Below, piece after piece: positions 50,101 through 62,849 of a DNA stretch of 64,000 nucleotides. The translations under genes were made by a program, and so were the position numbers. Below the pieces are notes generated by a model that worked only from the letters and a program-made list of their open reading frames with translations, was not told the DNA's origin and ran no database searches. Source of the stretch: Geosiphon pyriformis uo1 (lineage: Eukaryota; Fungi; Glomeromycota); the NCBI GenBank assembly GCA_016748015.1, contig JAAOMT010000764.1, forward strand, positions 1 to 64,000. Direction: 5' to 3'. Each line of letters opens with the position of its first letter. The first letter of the stretch is position 1.

Positions 50101-50760
50101 ATAAATAATATTGTAACTGTTCCATAAATTTTTGTTAAAAAATAGAATTTTCACCAATATATTGGTAAATCGAAATATTTCTGGAAAAAAGAAGCACTTC
50201 TTGGCAAAAAGTGATTATTATATTTGTTATATTATACGTAATAAACGTTCGTAATAGTGGATTAACAAAGCCAATTAGCAAATTACCGAATTCATAATCT
50301 AAAAGTAAAAATACTGTAATAAATCAATTATACTAAAGTACTAAAAACAAATTTGTTTAAAATTTTTTTATCAAAAATATTATTATATGAAATCAATCAA
50401 ATTGAGCAAATATTAATTATATAATTTTTTTATTTTATTTATCTTTATATTTTTTTGAAATAATTTTGTACAAATATGTTTATCTTGTAATTTAAACAGT
50501 TGTAATATAGATAAGAGATTTTTTACTTTATTTATAATTTAATTTAAAAAATTTAAATATCCAAAAAATTACAAAATTAACATTATTTATTTATATATAT
50601 TATTTTAAATAAAATTTTTCTTAAATGTTAAATAATTATATCTTTTTAATTTTATTAATTTTAATTATATTTGGTTTTAATAATATATATTAGTCTATTT
50701 ATTATTAAATAATATTTCAAAAGTTTTTTATTAGCATAATTATATTTTTGAAATCAATAT
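44200..50760. other. Large G/C-depleted block of nested decayed transposons
   Basis: Abrupt compositional change. It contains a readable LINE RT relic, while the flanks are unresolved. Confidence 0.6.
46200..47940 (+). mobile_element. Hypermutated non-LTR retrotransposon (LINE) ORF2 reverse transcriptase relic
   Basis: Reverting T->C and A->G restores collinear LINE motifs: KVILDHL..VDII.EGWTRKR (~46510-46595), GISNELWK (~46750), PIALIETARK (~46901), NVL.GDN.SVLKG (~46976), PIFAIGSVIEDALEKD.EIWL.FQDMRKAF (~47018-47108), IKMC..FFG, TDFGL..YRV.DGLD, LW.IFYDPL, FVDD (~47423), YLGVF (~47662), SLYGLK (~47765). Confidence 0.78.
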
Positions 50761-50777
50761 AATAATAATTATTGTAG

Positions 50778-51131
50778 AGGGTATACTGGTGCATATTTTT
50801 TGAAAAACTTTATCGCAACTTTTCAAGCGGCAATAAAGTAGTTGATGAAATCATTAAGAATCCAATCTATCTTCCACCTATTAAGTATTATAATGAATAT
50901 GCTGGATTGAATTACTATTCTTGGATTCCATGGGACCGTTTGTCGAATATCAATAAAATTGCTAAAGGAGGATTCGGTATAATTTATAAAGCAACCCTAA
51001 TTGATGGATTAATTGATGTAGCAACTATAAAACATCATGGTGAAATGGAATATAAAAGATGGGAACATAGCAAAGGGATGCAAGTAGCAATAAAAATTAT
51101 AAAAACGAGCAGTTCAGAAGTGTTTAAAGAG
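50778..51131 (+). CDS. Exon of a tyrosine-kinase-like protein kinase (expanded Glomeromycotina type); the rest of the gene is lost in the gap or decayed
   Basis: FSSGNKVVDEII..SWIPWDRLSNINKIAKGGFGIIYKATLIDG..VAIK..EVFKE between an AG (50777) and a GT (51132). Confidence 0.85.
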
Positions 51132-51138
51132 GTAATTA

Positions 51139-51175
<37 letters not shown>

Positions 51176-51239
51176 TATATAAAATTCATATTTACTATTA
51201 TTTATTTATTTATTTACTGTATATTATTGTTTAATTATT

Positions 51240-52080
51240 NNNNNNNNNNNNNNNNNNNNNNNNNNNNNNNNNNNNNNNNNNNNNNNNNNNNNNNNNNNNN
51301 NNNNNNNNNNNNNNNNNNNNNNNNNNNNNNNNNNNNNNNNNNNNNNNNNNNNNNNNNNNNNNNNNNNNNNNNNNNNNNNNNNNNNNNNNNNNNNNNNNNN
51401 NNNNNNNNNNNNNNNNNNNNNNNNNNNNNNNNNNNNNNNNNNNNNNNNNNNNNNNNNNNNNNNNNNNNNNNNNNNNNNNNNNNNNNNNNNNNNNNNNNNN
51501 NNNNNNNNNNNNNNNNNNNNNNNNNNNNNNNNNNNNNNNNNNNNNNNNNNNNNNNNNNNNNNNNNNNNNNNNNNNNNNNNNNNNNNNNNNNNNNNNNNNN
51601 NNNNNNNNNNNNNNNNNNNNNNNNNNNNNNNNNNNNNNNNNNNNNNNNNNNNNNNNNNNNNNNNNNNNNNNNNNNNNNNNNNNNNNNNNNNNNNNNNNNN
51701 NNNNNNNNNNNNNNNNNNNNNNNNNNNNNNNNNNNNNNNNNNNNNNNNNNNNNNNNNNNNNNNNNNNNNNNNNNNNNNNNNNNNNNNNNNNNNNNNNNNN
51801 NNNNNNNNNNNNNNNNNNNNNNNNNNNNNNNNNNNNNNNNNNNNNNNNNNNNNNNNNNNNNNNNNNNNNNNNNNNNNNNNNNNNNNNNNNNNNNNNNNNN
51901 NNNNNNNNNNNNNNNNNNNNNNNNNNNNNNNNNNNNNNNNNNNNNNNNNNNNNNNNNNNNNNNNNNNNNNNNNNNNNNNNNNNNNNNNNNNNNNNNNNNN
52001 NNNNNNNNNNNNNNNNNNNNNNNNNNNNNNNNNNNNNNNNNNNNNNNNNNNNNNNNNNNNNNNNNNNNNNNNNNNNNNNN
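51240..52080. other. Assembly gap (N run)
   Basis: Run of n. Confidence 1.
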
Positions 52081-52865
52081 ATAAAACATAAATTATCAAG
52101 TTTATTATATTCATTTCAATATGTTAAAATAGTTAGCTTTTTAAAAGGTATTCTCTCACACCTAAAGAATATTATTTCTAAGTTCGATATTTTATTGTTT
52201 ACTCGTTAACTTAATTCAATGTTACAAATTCCTACCCAATATCGATTATCTAAGAAATTACCCATGCGACCTCTAATTTATCGAAAAAATTTATCACTAT
52301 TCTGCCAAGATATCTTTACCAATTTTATTGCTACTTTCTTTTCCCACCCTTCTTCCTTCGAATTAGTTTTTTTCTTTTACATTCTATTTCACCATGATTT
52401 TTCATATTATTTACAGAATCATATGATCAATATATTATTAAAAAGGCTAAAAGCAACAGATTTTATTGATTTAAAATTAATATCCAATTTTTTAAAAATT
52501 TTATTTTTTAAAAAATGTTGTCTCTTTCTAAATAACCTATTAACTTTTTACAACATGTTCTGCAAATTTTCAAAAATAAAACTTAAAATTTATGATATGC
52601 CTAAAACAAAATATACTAATTTGTTAATTTAATAAGATGTTTATAACATTTTTATAATAATAAGATTAATACTATAAATACAAAGTATTAAGAAAATAAT
52701 GATTTAATTTTTATAAAATTAATATGTTTTTTTGAAATAAATAAATAAATAACATTACATGTTAAAAAAAATTGTTTTGTTTTTACAATAAATAAAAATT
52801 AGTTTGAAATAATTATATTAAATAATACAGTTATGTATAAATTTGAATTTACTTTAATAAATACA

Positions 52866-52906
52866 TTATTATTATTATTATTATTATTGTTGTTGTTGTT
52901 GTTGTT
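52866..52906. repeat. Compound (TTA)n(TTG)n microsatellite
   Basis: Read directly. Confidence 0.85.
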
Positions 52907-53715
52907 TTAATTAAAAAAAACATTGTTGTTTATAAATTAAAAGTGTTTTAATATTAATAATTAATAATTTTATTTTACTATTTTAAAATACAAATTATTA
53001 TAAATTAACAAAAAAAATTTACCTATTATAAAATTTATGTAAATAATTATAACTTTTTTTATTTTTAAATTTAATTACTTGAATAATAAACAAATTATAT
53101 TAATTAAATAATTAATTAATTAAAGTAACCAAAACATTAGTTAATAAAAAATGATTTAAAAAATGATTTAAAAAATAATAATAAATAAAATTTTAATATA
53201 CAGTATATTAATTTTATTATTTGACAAGCTTGAAAAATTATTTTATTTTTCATTTTTGTGTAAAAATAAATTGTAATTTTAAATTAAAATTTTTAAATTT
53301 ATTAATACCATAAGAATTCATGTTGTTAAACTTAGTATCATTTTTTTAATAAAAAATAACATTATTATTAAAGTTTAAAAAAATATTCGGGATCATTTAT
53401 TTTCAGCCAAGATTTTAAATGATTGTATTATATTTTTGAGGCAAATTCTCTTAGTATCACAGAATTGCACAGCCTAACCTACCAAGCCCAATTATAGAAC
53501 AAAGAGTTTTTCATTGGTGAAACCATAATCATCATTTTGGATGCTATCAGGTATGCTCGTTTTCCAAAAACAAATGTGATCCGCGTCGGATGATAACTCT
53601 AACAGTGGACAAGAAAGCGGATAATAACTTTTTTATTTCCACATCAAACTTTTATTTTCAATCAGTCCGCTTTATATTTCTTCTCTTTGGATTTTCAAAA
53701 GCTCATATTGTCGAA

Positions 53716-54234
53716 ATGGACTTCATATTCTGTCTGACAATACTGAGTTTCCTCTTTGTAGCCTCGGCAAATGATACCTCAGTATGTAATGGATTTCGTA
53801 TTACGTCACCCGTTGCCCTTGATTTGGTTTATACAGCAGGTGTATTTTCTAAAAATTAAATTGTTCAGCAGTAAAAATAACTTACTAAAATGACCTCCTA
53901 TATTTCTAATCTAAATTCAGGCCAGTGCTACCAAATCTCATTCGACGTCGGAAATAGTGTGATAAGCGAGATTGAGAGCGTGGAACTTCTTGAAGCCAAA
54001 ACCGATAAACAAATATCTATGCTCTGGAAAGGCCCAATCAAATCATCTGGAACAATTAGTACACCTTATTTCAAGATGGATTTGGGTTCAAACCCACAAA
54101 CTGGAATTTACAAGTATCGAATGACCGGTCGGATTTCGGGAAAAAATTCTGAAGTGTGTCGGTTTGGGAGTATTTGGTTCAAGGTTATTGTCGATTCTTT
54201 GGGAAATAATTCGGTCATAAAATGCCCTGAATAG
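53716..54234 (+). CDS. Small secreted Cys-containing protein (~145 aa); exons 53716-53839 and 53921-54234
   Basis: MDFIFCLTILSFLFVASA signal-like leader. The GT-AG intron 53840-53920 joins ..LDLVYTA|GQCYQISF in frame. There are four Cys in the mature part and a beta-strand-like pattern. Confidence 0.8.
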
Positions 54235-55799
54235 AATTGTTGAGTAGAATTTGTAGAATTGAGTCGTGAGTTAAAAAATTTTTTTATTTGACTCATGTTT
54301 AAGATAATGAATTATAGTTGGGTGGAAACAAAATTAAGTGGTTTGAGCTGGGTAAATTTTAAATCTTATAATTCATATAACACTATCACAAAGATATCTT
54401 TGTGAATTCTGATGATACTCATTTCCACAAGCATGTTTATAATGTTACTCTTGGATTTCAGGTCTTTTATTTATAGAGATGGATCAATCAAATATTTAAC
54501 CCTTATTAAACTCTTGCATTGTTTTTTTTTTCAGCAAAAATTATTACTTCAGGGCAATTTAAAAAAGTATCGTTTCAATCCATGATGTCTCACCGGGATA
54601 ATTTAATCCGGCAACAGCTTTTAAATATATATCGTAAAAATGTCCAAGTTAAAAAAATGACACAATAAATAGGAGTCTAACAATTATATTGTAGATTATG
54701 CTAAAATGACTGAAATCAATTATAAGGTCACATCACTTTGAATTTTTAATTGCACAAAATATAAGATGAAAATTATATTCTCTGACATAATAAATCATAT
54801 GTATTCTTCCTATTTCAAATTTATTAATATTACAAAGTGGTTTTTTTATTCACTATTTTTAATTAAATAATCCATTCCAAGAAAAGAATTGTCTCTTAAA
54901 GTGATGAGTTTTCTTTTTGCAAGTTTTTAGAACTCAATATATATTTCTTTTCTTGTTTAACTTATTAAGTAATTTAAAAAAATGGAAATAGTTTGCAATG
55001 GGAGTTTTTAAAGTAAATAAATATGTTTGTATATTATTAAATTCTTGAAATAAAAACTTTAAGATTTTAGAAATTCTGCAATCATTTTTTAGAATTTGGA
55101 AAGTTCAAATATATTTGCTTTTAATAAGTCATGTTTGTAGATTATAACTTGTCTACCTTACCCATGATTTCCATCAGAAAAGTAGCAGAAATGAAATATT
55201 GGGTTGAGCATTATTTAGAAAAGCAGCTTAATGTTGTTGTATAATAAGAATTCCATATTGCAGCTTTAAAAAAATGGTTTAATTTTATAAAGTTTATCTT
55301 ATCAACTTCTTTAGATATGGATATTTATTATAAATAATAATCATAAAACATAAAGGTTGCGAAGCATTTATTACCTGTACATGGTAATAAAAGGGACTCA
55401 TTATCAAAATAACACAATTATGAAGAGAAACTCACTTGGTTAACGTATCTTTATCGACTTAGACATTCTGGTTCATTTTATAACTCTCAAAGTCTAACTC
55501 TGAAACCGAAGATCTAGCCATTGAATCGGTCGAAATGAAATTCATCATTATTATATATACCATTTTGCAAGGTTTTGTTCCTTGGATTATTTAAGTATGA
55601 ATGAGATTCACCATTTAATTCAAGAATATTAGCAAATTGAAATAAAATAATTGGGAAATGTTAAATTTAAATTTGAAGAAAAATTTGAAGAAAAAAATTG
55701 CAATGTTTACAAACAATAAAATTGTTATTAAAACATATAAAGCTCTTTCTCATATTTTATAACCAAAATTAGAGCAAAGAGTAAAAGAGAAGTGGCACC

Positions 55800-56240
55800 A
55801 CTTTTTTTATAGTTTCTAACAGTATAACAACTTAGTTTTTGGCTGCTAATAGAGCAATATTTCTATCTTTAAGTAAAGTTTTTCTTTATTCAAAATATTT
55901 TTCAAGTAATTTATTAAGACTAGTTCTAATGTTTTTGCTATTAACTTAAAAAATCTTATTTTAGATATTAATATTATAGATTAGAGTAATATTTTAATAA
56001 ATAGCAAATAAAAATTATATGGCAAAAAAACAATTAAAAAAAAATTCAAATAAATAAGCAAATTAAATTTGTAAAAATTCAAAATACGAGATTAGTTTTA
56101 TAAATATTTTAATTGCTATTTTTTTAAAAGAAACAAAGAAATCTAAAGATAAAAAAATTAGTTTGTTTTATCAATAAAAATTAATATAGCTGCTATAATT
56201 ATATGTCTTATGTTAACATTTTTATAAATTGATAACAAAT
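55800..56240 (+). repeat. Dispersed repeat copy homologous to 38700-39300 (-)
   Basis: Shared ..aattgctatt.., ..tagtttgt.., ..atgtcttatgttaaca.. in the same order and spacing. Confidence 0.75.
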
Positions 56241-58564
56241 ATTATTTGTCTTTTATATTAATTATTTAGTTAATAGTTACATCAATAAGTAATTTTAAAA
56301 ATAGAATAACTAATTTAAATAATATTAATGGTTAATATACATGAATAAATAGAATTAAATAATTAAATAAAATAAAAATTAAAAGATTTAATTATAAAAT
56401 TTAAATTAAAGTTTTTTTAACTTATAATAATATGTTATTGTTTATTTTAAAATTCTTAAAGCTTCTAATCTGTTTTTAATTACTAATTAATATTGGTAAA
56501 AAAGAAAAAAATTTTAATTTTTTTTTTTCAATTAAAAAAAGTATTTGTTTTTTTAATACAATTGTAAATTATTTTAAAATTAAATAAATTTTTAAATTTT
56601 TAAAGCTTTAATTATTAACAAAATATCAATTAATTATAAAATTTATTAATTTTATTAATAAAATAGTATTTTTTTAAGAAAATAATATTACACTAAATGT
56701 TTTTGAAAAATAATATTGATTAATTAAAAAAATTGATTAATTGGAAAAAAAATAATTAATTGAAAAAATATTATAATAAAATTAAAAAATTAAAGACTTT
56801 ATTAATTAAATATTTTTAAATAAATTTTATTATTTTTGAACATAGGAAATTGAAATATTTTATCATGATAAATATCTTAAAAATAAGTTTATTCATTTTC
56901 TTTCATAAAATTTTTAACGGTTATATTTTTAAAAGTTATTTAATTAAAACATAATAATTGATAAAATATTGGGAAATATCAATTTTTATAAATCTCACAT
57001 AAATAAAAACTTTTGATTTTTTGCTATAATATATCTTGGACTGGTTGAAATTTTCAAAATTAAAATACATGTGATTATTTGATTCAGATAGAAATTTGAA
57101 AAGTCTTATCTAGAAATTTTCAATATATACGAGATTATTCCATTAAAATCACTTAACTTGTTTTATCTAAATTATTTACAGATTTATTCAAATATTATTT
57201 ATTTAAATACAAAATTCTAATTTTTTCTTCTTTGATGTGTAAAACTTCCAAGAAATTATATCTAATCTCTAAAAAAAAAAAAAAAAAGTTATTTATCCAA
57301 TCTGAATTGTTTACAAGATGAAAACTAGTTTGGTTTTTTATTATTGGATCGGTCATTAAATAACTTATCTTATGACCTCGTCAGCATAAAATTACCAATA
57401 TGGTTTTCTGATAAAATTTAGAATTAATTAACATTTTGCATCTTTTGAAACCTGATTCTTTCTAGCTTTTTAAATGTTTCCTAAAAATCTTGTAATTTTA
57501 AAGTTGTTTGCATAAAAAAAAAAAAAGTATAACCGGTTCTCATTGAAAAAAAAAAGAAAAATTGTGAGAAAATATTTTTTATCAGTATAACAAAGAAATA
57601 GTGAATAAGTTAACTTATCAGCTTCATCTAAATTAAAAGATTTTAGATTTTCAAAATAATAATTTTTTTTTACCGAGGATTCGAGATAAATCATTTGCAA
57701 TTATTTATTCTATTATAGAATTCTTTTTTATGCACTGAGTTCTTATCTAATTTTTAAGGTATTCCCGTGAATAAATTTTATTTTGCTGTATGATCAAATT
57801 CTGTCTACTCAATAGATAAACGGAAAAGAACTTTAAAAAAAAAAAGGCAGAAAAATAGAATTAATAAGAGAGAATAATTAAATTGTAAAAAAAATTAATT
57901 ATTTTAAATTTTTCAGTGTGCCATAAATATTTTTTATTTTTAATATATTAATTGTTACAATTCAGAAAATTTTTTTTTTTCCAAAAGAGAAAGTTAAATC
58001 CATGCTTTTTAAAAATCACTACTTTATAATGATTTTTGGTCAATTACTTGCTGGTTTTGAAATATGTTCAAGTTTTTATTTGACTTAGTTTTTTTAATCC
58101 AAAAAGAAATTAAATGTTACTATTATTTTTCTAATTGAGAAAACAAAAGAATGGAAAATTTCAAATGAGTTAGTACCCAAAGATTTGATAAAGTACAAAA
58201 GAAGAATGTGATCAAAAAGAAATTTTTGTACTCTACTCCTATTTCTTGTAAATAAAGTATTATTATTATTATACTACTTTTTTCCAAAACATGTGGTTTT
58301 TAAATTCTGGTTTTTGTTACAGAGATTTTCGTTATTGATTGTGTGAATAAATTCACACTTTAGGCAATTTTCATCACGGGGTAAAACTATATTTTGAATA
58401 GAAATTTCCATTTTTAGTAATCGTCAAATGGTAACTTGATGAAGAAATTGTACATCCAGATACAATGCTTCACAATTCGCCCATTTAAAAAGATCTTAAA
58501 CTTGAGATTTTTATTGGTTGGATAAAAAGAAAATGAAGAGAATCTTGATAAATATTCAATACAA

Positions 58565-58599
58565 ATGATGATTATGATGATGATGATGATGATGATGAT
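58565..58599. repeat. (ATG)n microsatellite
   Basis: Read directly. Confidence 0.9.
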
Positions 58600-59196
58600 C
58601 ACATTCACGATCACATACTCAAAACCCCTCCCACCTACATACTCCCAAATGAGATGAAAAATATGATAAGCGTGTGTATAAAAATCAATCAGATAACGTG
58701 CATAGGAAATTGTGTGGGAACAAAAATGGGTTAAAATCTCACCCAAAAAAAAAAACCGTGCAAATCAGGATTACTCTAAATAAAAACGCCAACCTGTATT
58801 ATCACTTGAGTGTTTGTGGGCTAAAATATCAACTTATCACGTCGATATGCATCATACATTATTTTGTAAACTATGAATAATCTTTTACAAATTAATCGGA
58901 AAACTAAATCTCCTACATCTATTATCTATTACGCGCTTCTATACTCTAATATTAATTCTATTCTAAAATAAATTAATAATCAGGTGGTGTTCTGAGAAAA
59001 AATAACACGTCGTAAAAAAGTTGAAAAGCCATCGTGAAAATTCAACTTTTCACAAAAAAAATTACTGCTCTTTTTTTGTGTTCCATTTTCGTTACAGTTT
59101 TTCCTTTCATAAAAAAAAAAAAAGAAAGATAAAATCTCGTTCTGCTTCCGACCTTTTCCTATAGTATCCTACATAAATCTCCCAACTTTCAAGAGA

Positions 59197-60535
59197 ATGG
59201 TATATTGCCATCCCGGAAATTTACCGTCCGAAATTCTCCAGGAAATTTTTAGAAACTTTGTAAAATACTCTTCTCCCATCGATAAAAAGGATACTTTAAA
59301 TAATCAAGTTACTAGTAATGTTAATAGTAATAATGATAACAACAATTCTCCCACTTCACCTGTGACTCCAACCAGTCCAAACTTCCCAACAACTACACAT
59401 GCTCCCCCGGCTTCTCCCACTCCGATAACAAATGGAAATACGGAGGAAACAGAGGAAACTTACGACTTAAAATCTCTTCTCTCTTGTATTCTAGTGTCAA
59501 AGCACTGGTCTGAAAACGCTATTTATTTATTGTGGTCTCAACCTTTTCACCATACTCTCCCAAAACCTTCTCAACGTTCACTTATCAACACTCTTTTATC
59601 ATGTCTCTCACCTGAGGATCGTGAAGGTTTACTCCTCGTCGGTATCAAGTTTCCCTCGTACTTCTTCGCTTCTTGCCCCTACCAACAACCAAGACCATAT
59701 TATGCCTATCCTGCCTTCATGAGGCACTTTAATTTTTATAAAATGGTTGCGGCCGTGAGTGCTCGTGAAGAGCAATACGAAGAAGATCATTACAATCAAA
59801 TGTCAAAAATTAAGTTGGTCTTGAAAAGTTTGATGAGGTTGTTTGTGGATTATAATACACAAGTGGAGACCTTGGTTATTTCCACACGGGTTGGAGGTTG
59901 CTCAGTTCAAGATCATGATGACCTTTTGAATACCAGGGATGCAAGAAAGTTGTTGAGTGATATTCGTGGGCTAAAGATTGAAGCAACAAAGTATATGTTT
60001 ACCAAAACGTTTACAAATTTGGCCGGCTTTTCCAAACATGTGGTTAGTATCTTTTGATGTTTAATGTATGAAATGGTTCATATAGATTCTAATTTTAGCT
60101 ATTCCTATTTTTCAGAGATACATGGATATTGAATGGTCCGATCAATTTCAATACAAAAAGCCTGAAGAAATGAAAAATAATTGGAAAAATCTTCTTTCCA
60201 CACCTTCTCACCTTTTCCACCTTCGTATCTATAATACAAAAAGATGCGACATAATTATTCCTCCTTTGCAAACTCAAGCTCATTGTCTTCGTACAATAAA
60301 ATTTGAAAAAGTTGATTTTGATACTTGTGAACCTTTGGATGAAATTATGGCCTGCCGTAAATTGGTTGCTCTAAAATTTGATGAATGCTCAAACGTGTAT
60401 GACTATATGATCGAACCATTGGTTAAGGGTAAACTACCGCGATTACAACGTCTATCAGTTGTCGGTGGAACCAAGTGTGATGAATTGAAAGCTTGGGCCA
60501 AGAAGTTTACAGACGAGGGGGTTAAAAAGAGTTGA
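59197..60535 (+). CDS. F-box protein with an RNI/LRR-like C-terminus; exons 59197-60042 and 60116-60535
   Basis: LPSEILQEIF...DLKSLLSCILVSKHWSENAIYLLWSQPF (F-box), YAYPAFMRHFNF, LRR-like LRTIKFEKV / LVALKFDEC / LQRLSV, and a phase-0 GT-AG intron. Confidence 0.85.
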
Positions 60536-62849
60536 CGAAGGAAATGAAGTGATCCTTCAACGAAGAAAGAATATTGGCTGTGCCAAGAAAGGATTGTAAT
60601 TTATGGATTTAAGATGGACACTAACAATGAACTTCTTGTAATTGATTTTTTCCTCTTTGTAATTAGCTGTGCTAATTATCTTATACATAGTTCCCATGTA
60701 ATTTTAATTTTATTATAAAAACTTTATACATACTTTACATAAGTTTTTTTCGCAGGGAAATTGGCTTTGGGTTTGAAACATACTCATTTAACCTATGGAT
60801 GCAATTGGAACATTTTCCGTAGTTTTGGCCAATTATTCTCTAATTTTATCTAACAATTGACGAGACTTTCAATTTTAAATAATGAAAATTTATATTGCCA
60901 ATAACTTGATTAGCCAACTCTTTATGAACATTTATGATCAATTTCATCGAGACTAGAAAAAACAAGGAGTGATAAAATGGAAAAATAAAAATTCTATGAA
61001 TTCGTTGGCTTTTCATTCATGGTCACAAAATTACGATTTTATCCGTGACTAGATACCACGGGATAGGTTATTCTTAGCTTCCTTTTTTTTTTTTTTTTTT
61101 TCAAGGTTTGTAGTTTCTCGGCGAACGGAAAAACAAATAACTTTAAAACTTCTCTCTTATTTACAGTTTGGTATTTGCATTTTGTTAATTTCTTTTTATT
61201 GGGTATCAATTTTGGAAATGAGACCGTCTTTAACTAAAAAAATAAAAAGCCTGTATCTTTAAAAAGGCTACAAAATAGTACTACAAGGGAAACAAAACAA
61301 TCATATTCATTTTTTTCCCATTAATATTTGAAATTTTCAAGGTTCACAGCTGTCTATTCAAATTAGGTTTATCCGACAAAATATGACGTGTAGCGTTTTA
61401 GAGATCAAAGCTAAAAGTACATATGAAATCTGAATCTAAAAAATATTTATGACTCATGTAATTTATTTTTAATCAATTTTTTGAATATTTTTGAAATAAT
61501 AATCATATATATATATATATATTAATGAACATACGTACAGGTTTAAAAAATCACAGAGTAGTGTAAAAAATAAAATTAAATAATGTAACGCTAATGTAAT
61601 AAAGAAAAATGTATTAAATTAAATTAAAAATTTACAAGATTAAAACACGTAATTATTTTAAAAGAACGATTGTAAATGGATTGCCATAGTTTTTTCTCAA
61701 AATAATTTCAAATAACCAGTTGATAAATAATACCTAATTAGTGATTATTTTCCACTATGATTATTTGTCAACCCTTATCTAAAGAATTTTCAATCTTTTA
61801 TTTCATTTTATATAAGATTTTCAGTTCTTTTGAATCTGGATAATAAAATTGCAAAAACATAAAATAGGCAATTGCTCAACTTTTTTCCTGTACGTAGCCC
61901 ACTGGTATTCCTGTTTTTCCCTTTGGTGACTTTTGCACCATTGACCAGAGAAGCATAATGACGGTATAATAAAATTTTTCAATAAAGAGTAATTCTGATA
62001 CAAACTGGTTTGTTACAGGATATATTGTGTTTTTTTATCCATATCGTTAAATGAGAACAATAATGAATCATTGAAGCTGCAAAGTTTAAAAAAAAAATAA
62101 TTTCTATGTCAATGTTCTTTAACTTGTGTTATTGCATGATATTTGTTGGTCAGCTTGAATTAAAAAAAAATTATTTTGATTCATTTTAACCCCTTTTTTT
62201 TTAAATCGATAAAGCTATAAAATCTCATTGAATACATTTTTTATTGATCGATATTTCGATTCATGCAATGCAATAATTTTTTCTGTTAAAAAGTTCTAGA
62301 ACAGCATTTTTCCATACTTTTTGTGTATGATAATTAAAATATTATTTTGTTGGGTTACAGTATATTGCAGAAATCACATGAAAAATATATTATTAAAAGC
62401 TTCAAATAAATAAATTTTTTAGATAAAAAAATTAATATGGGGTTTTTTTTTCAATCACAACTTACATCAATTTCACTAAGCTAATTAAGTGTAAGCTCAG
62501 AATAATGACTTCCCCCTTCTATTTATATATTATTCTAATTGATCGAGATTCTAAGAAATACAGCTTTTTTAATTATCCTTTAAAAATTTTTAATTTGAGA
62601 TTGTTGAACAGCCAATTCATAACTTCAGAAACGTTTTGTTGAAAACAAGCTAATTTATGAGCTTTGACTTGTATTTTCTATGTTAAGGCATTTTTAATAA
62701 AAATATTTTATCTAAAAATAATGTTTTTTTTTAATTATTTTTGGACTCATTTTATGCAATTTTTTTTTGTTTAAATAATTTTGTTTGTCAGAGTTTTTGT
62801 TAAATAAAAATATTTTTTGCAGATTTATTGATCATGTATCTTTAAAGCA

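Noticed and set aside
51224-52114. Three long ORFs of X residues
   Set aside because: Artefacts of the N gap.
54760-55500. Possible decayed coding sequence on the minus strand with an intron-like GTAAG..AG
   Set aside because: Contains stops, and I could not assign it to any family.
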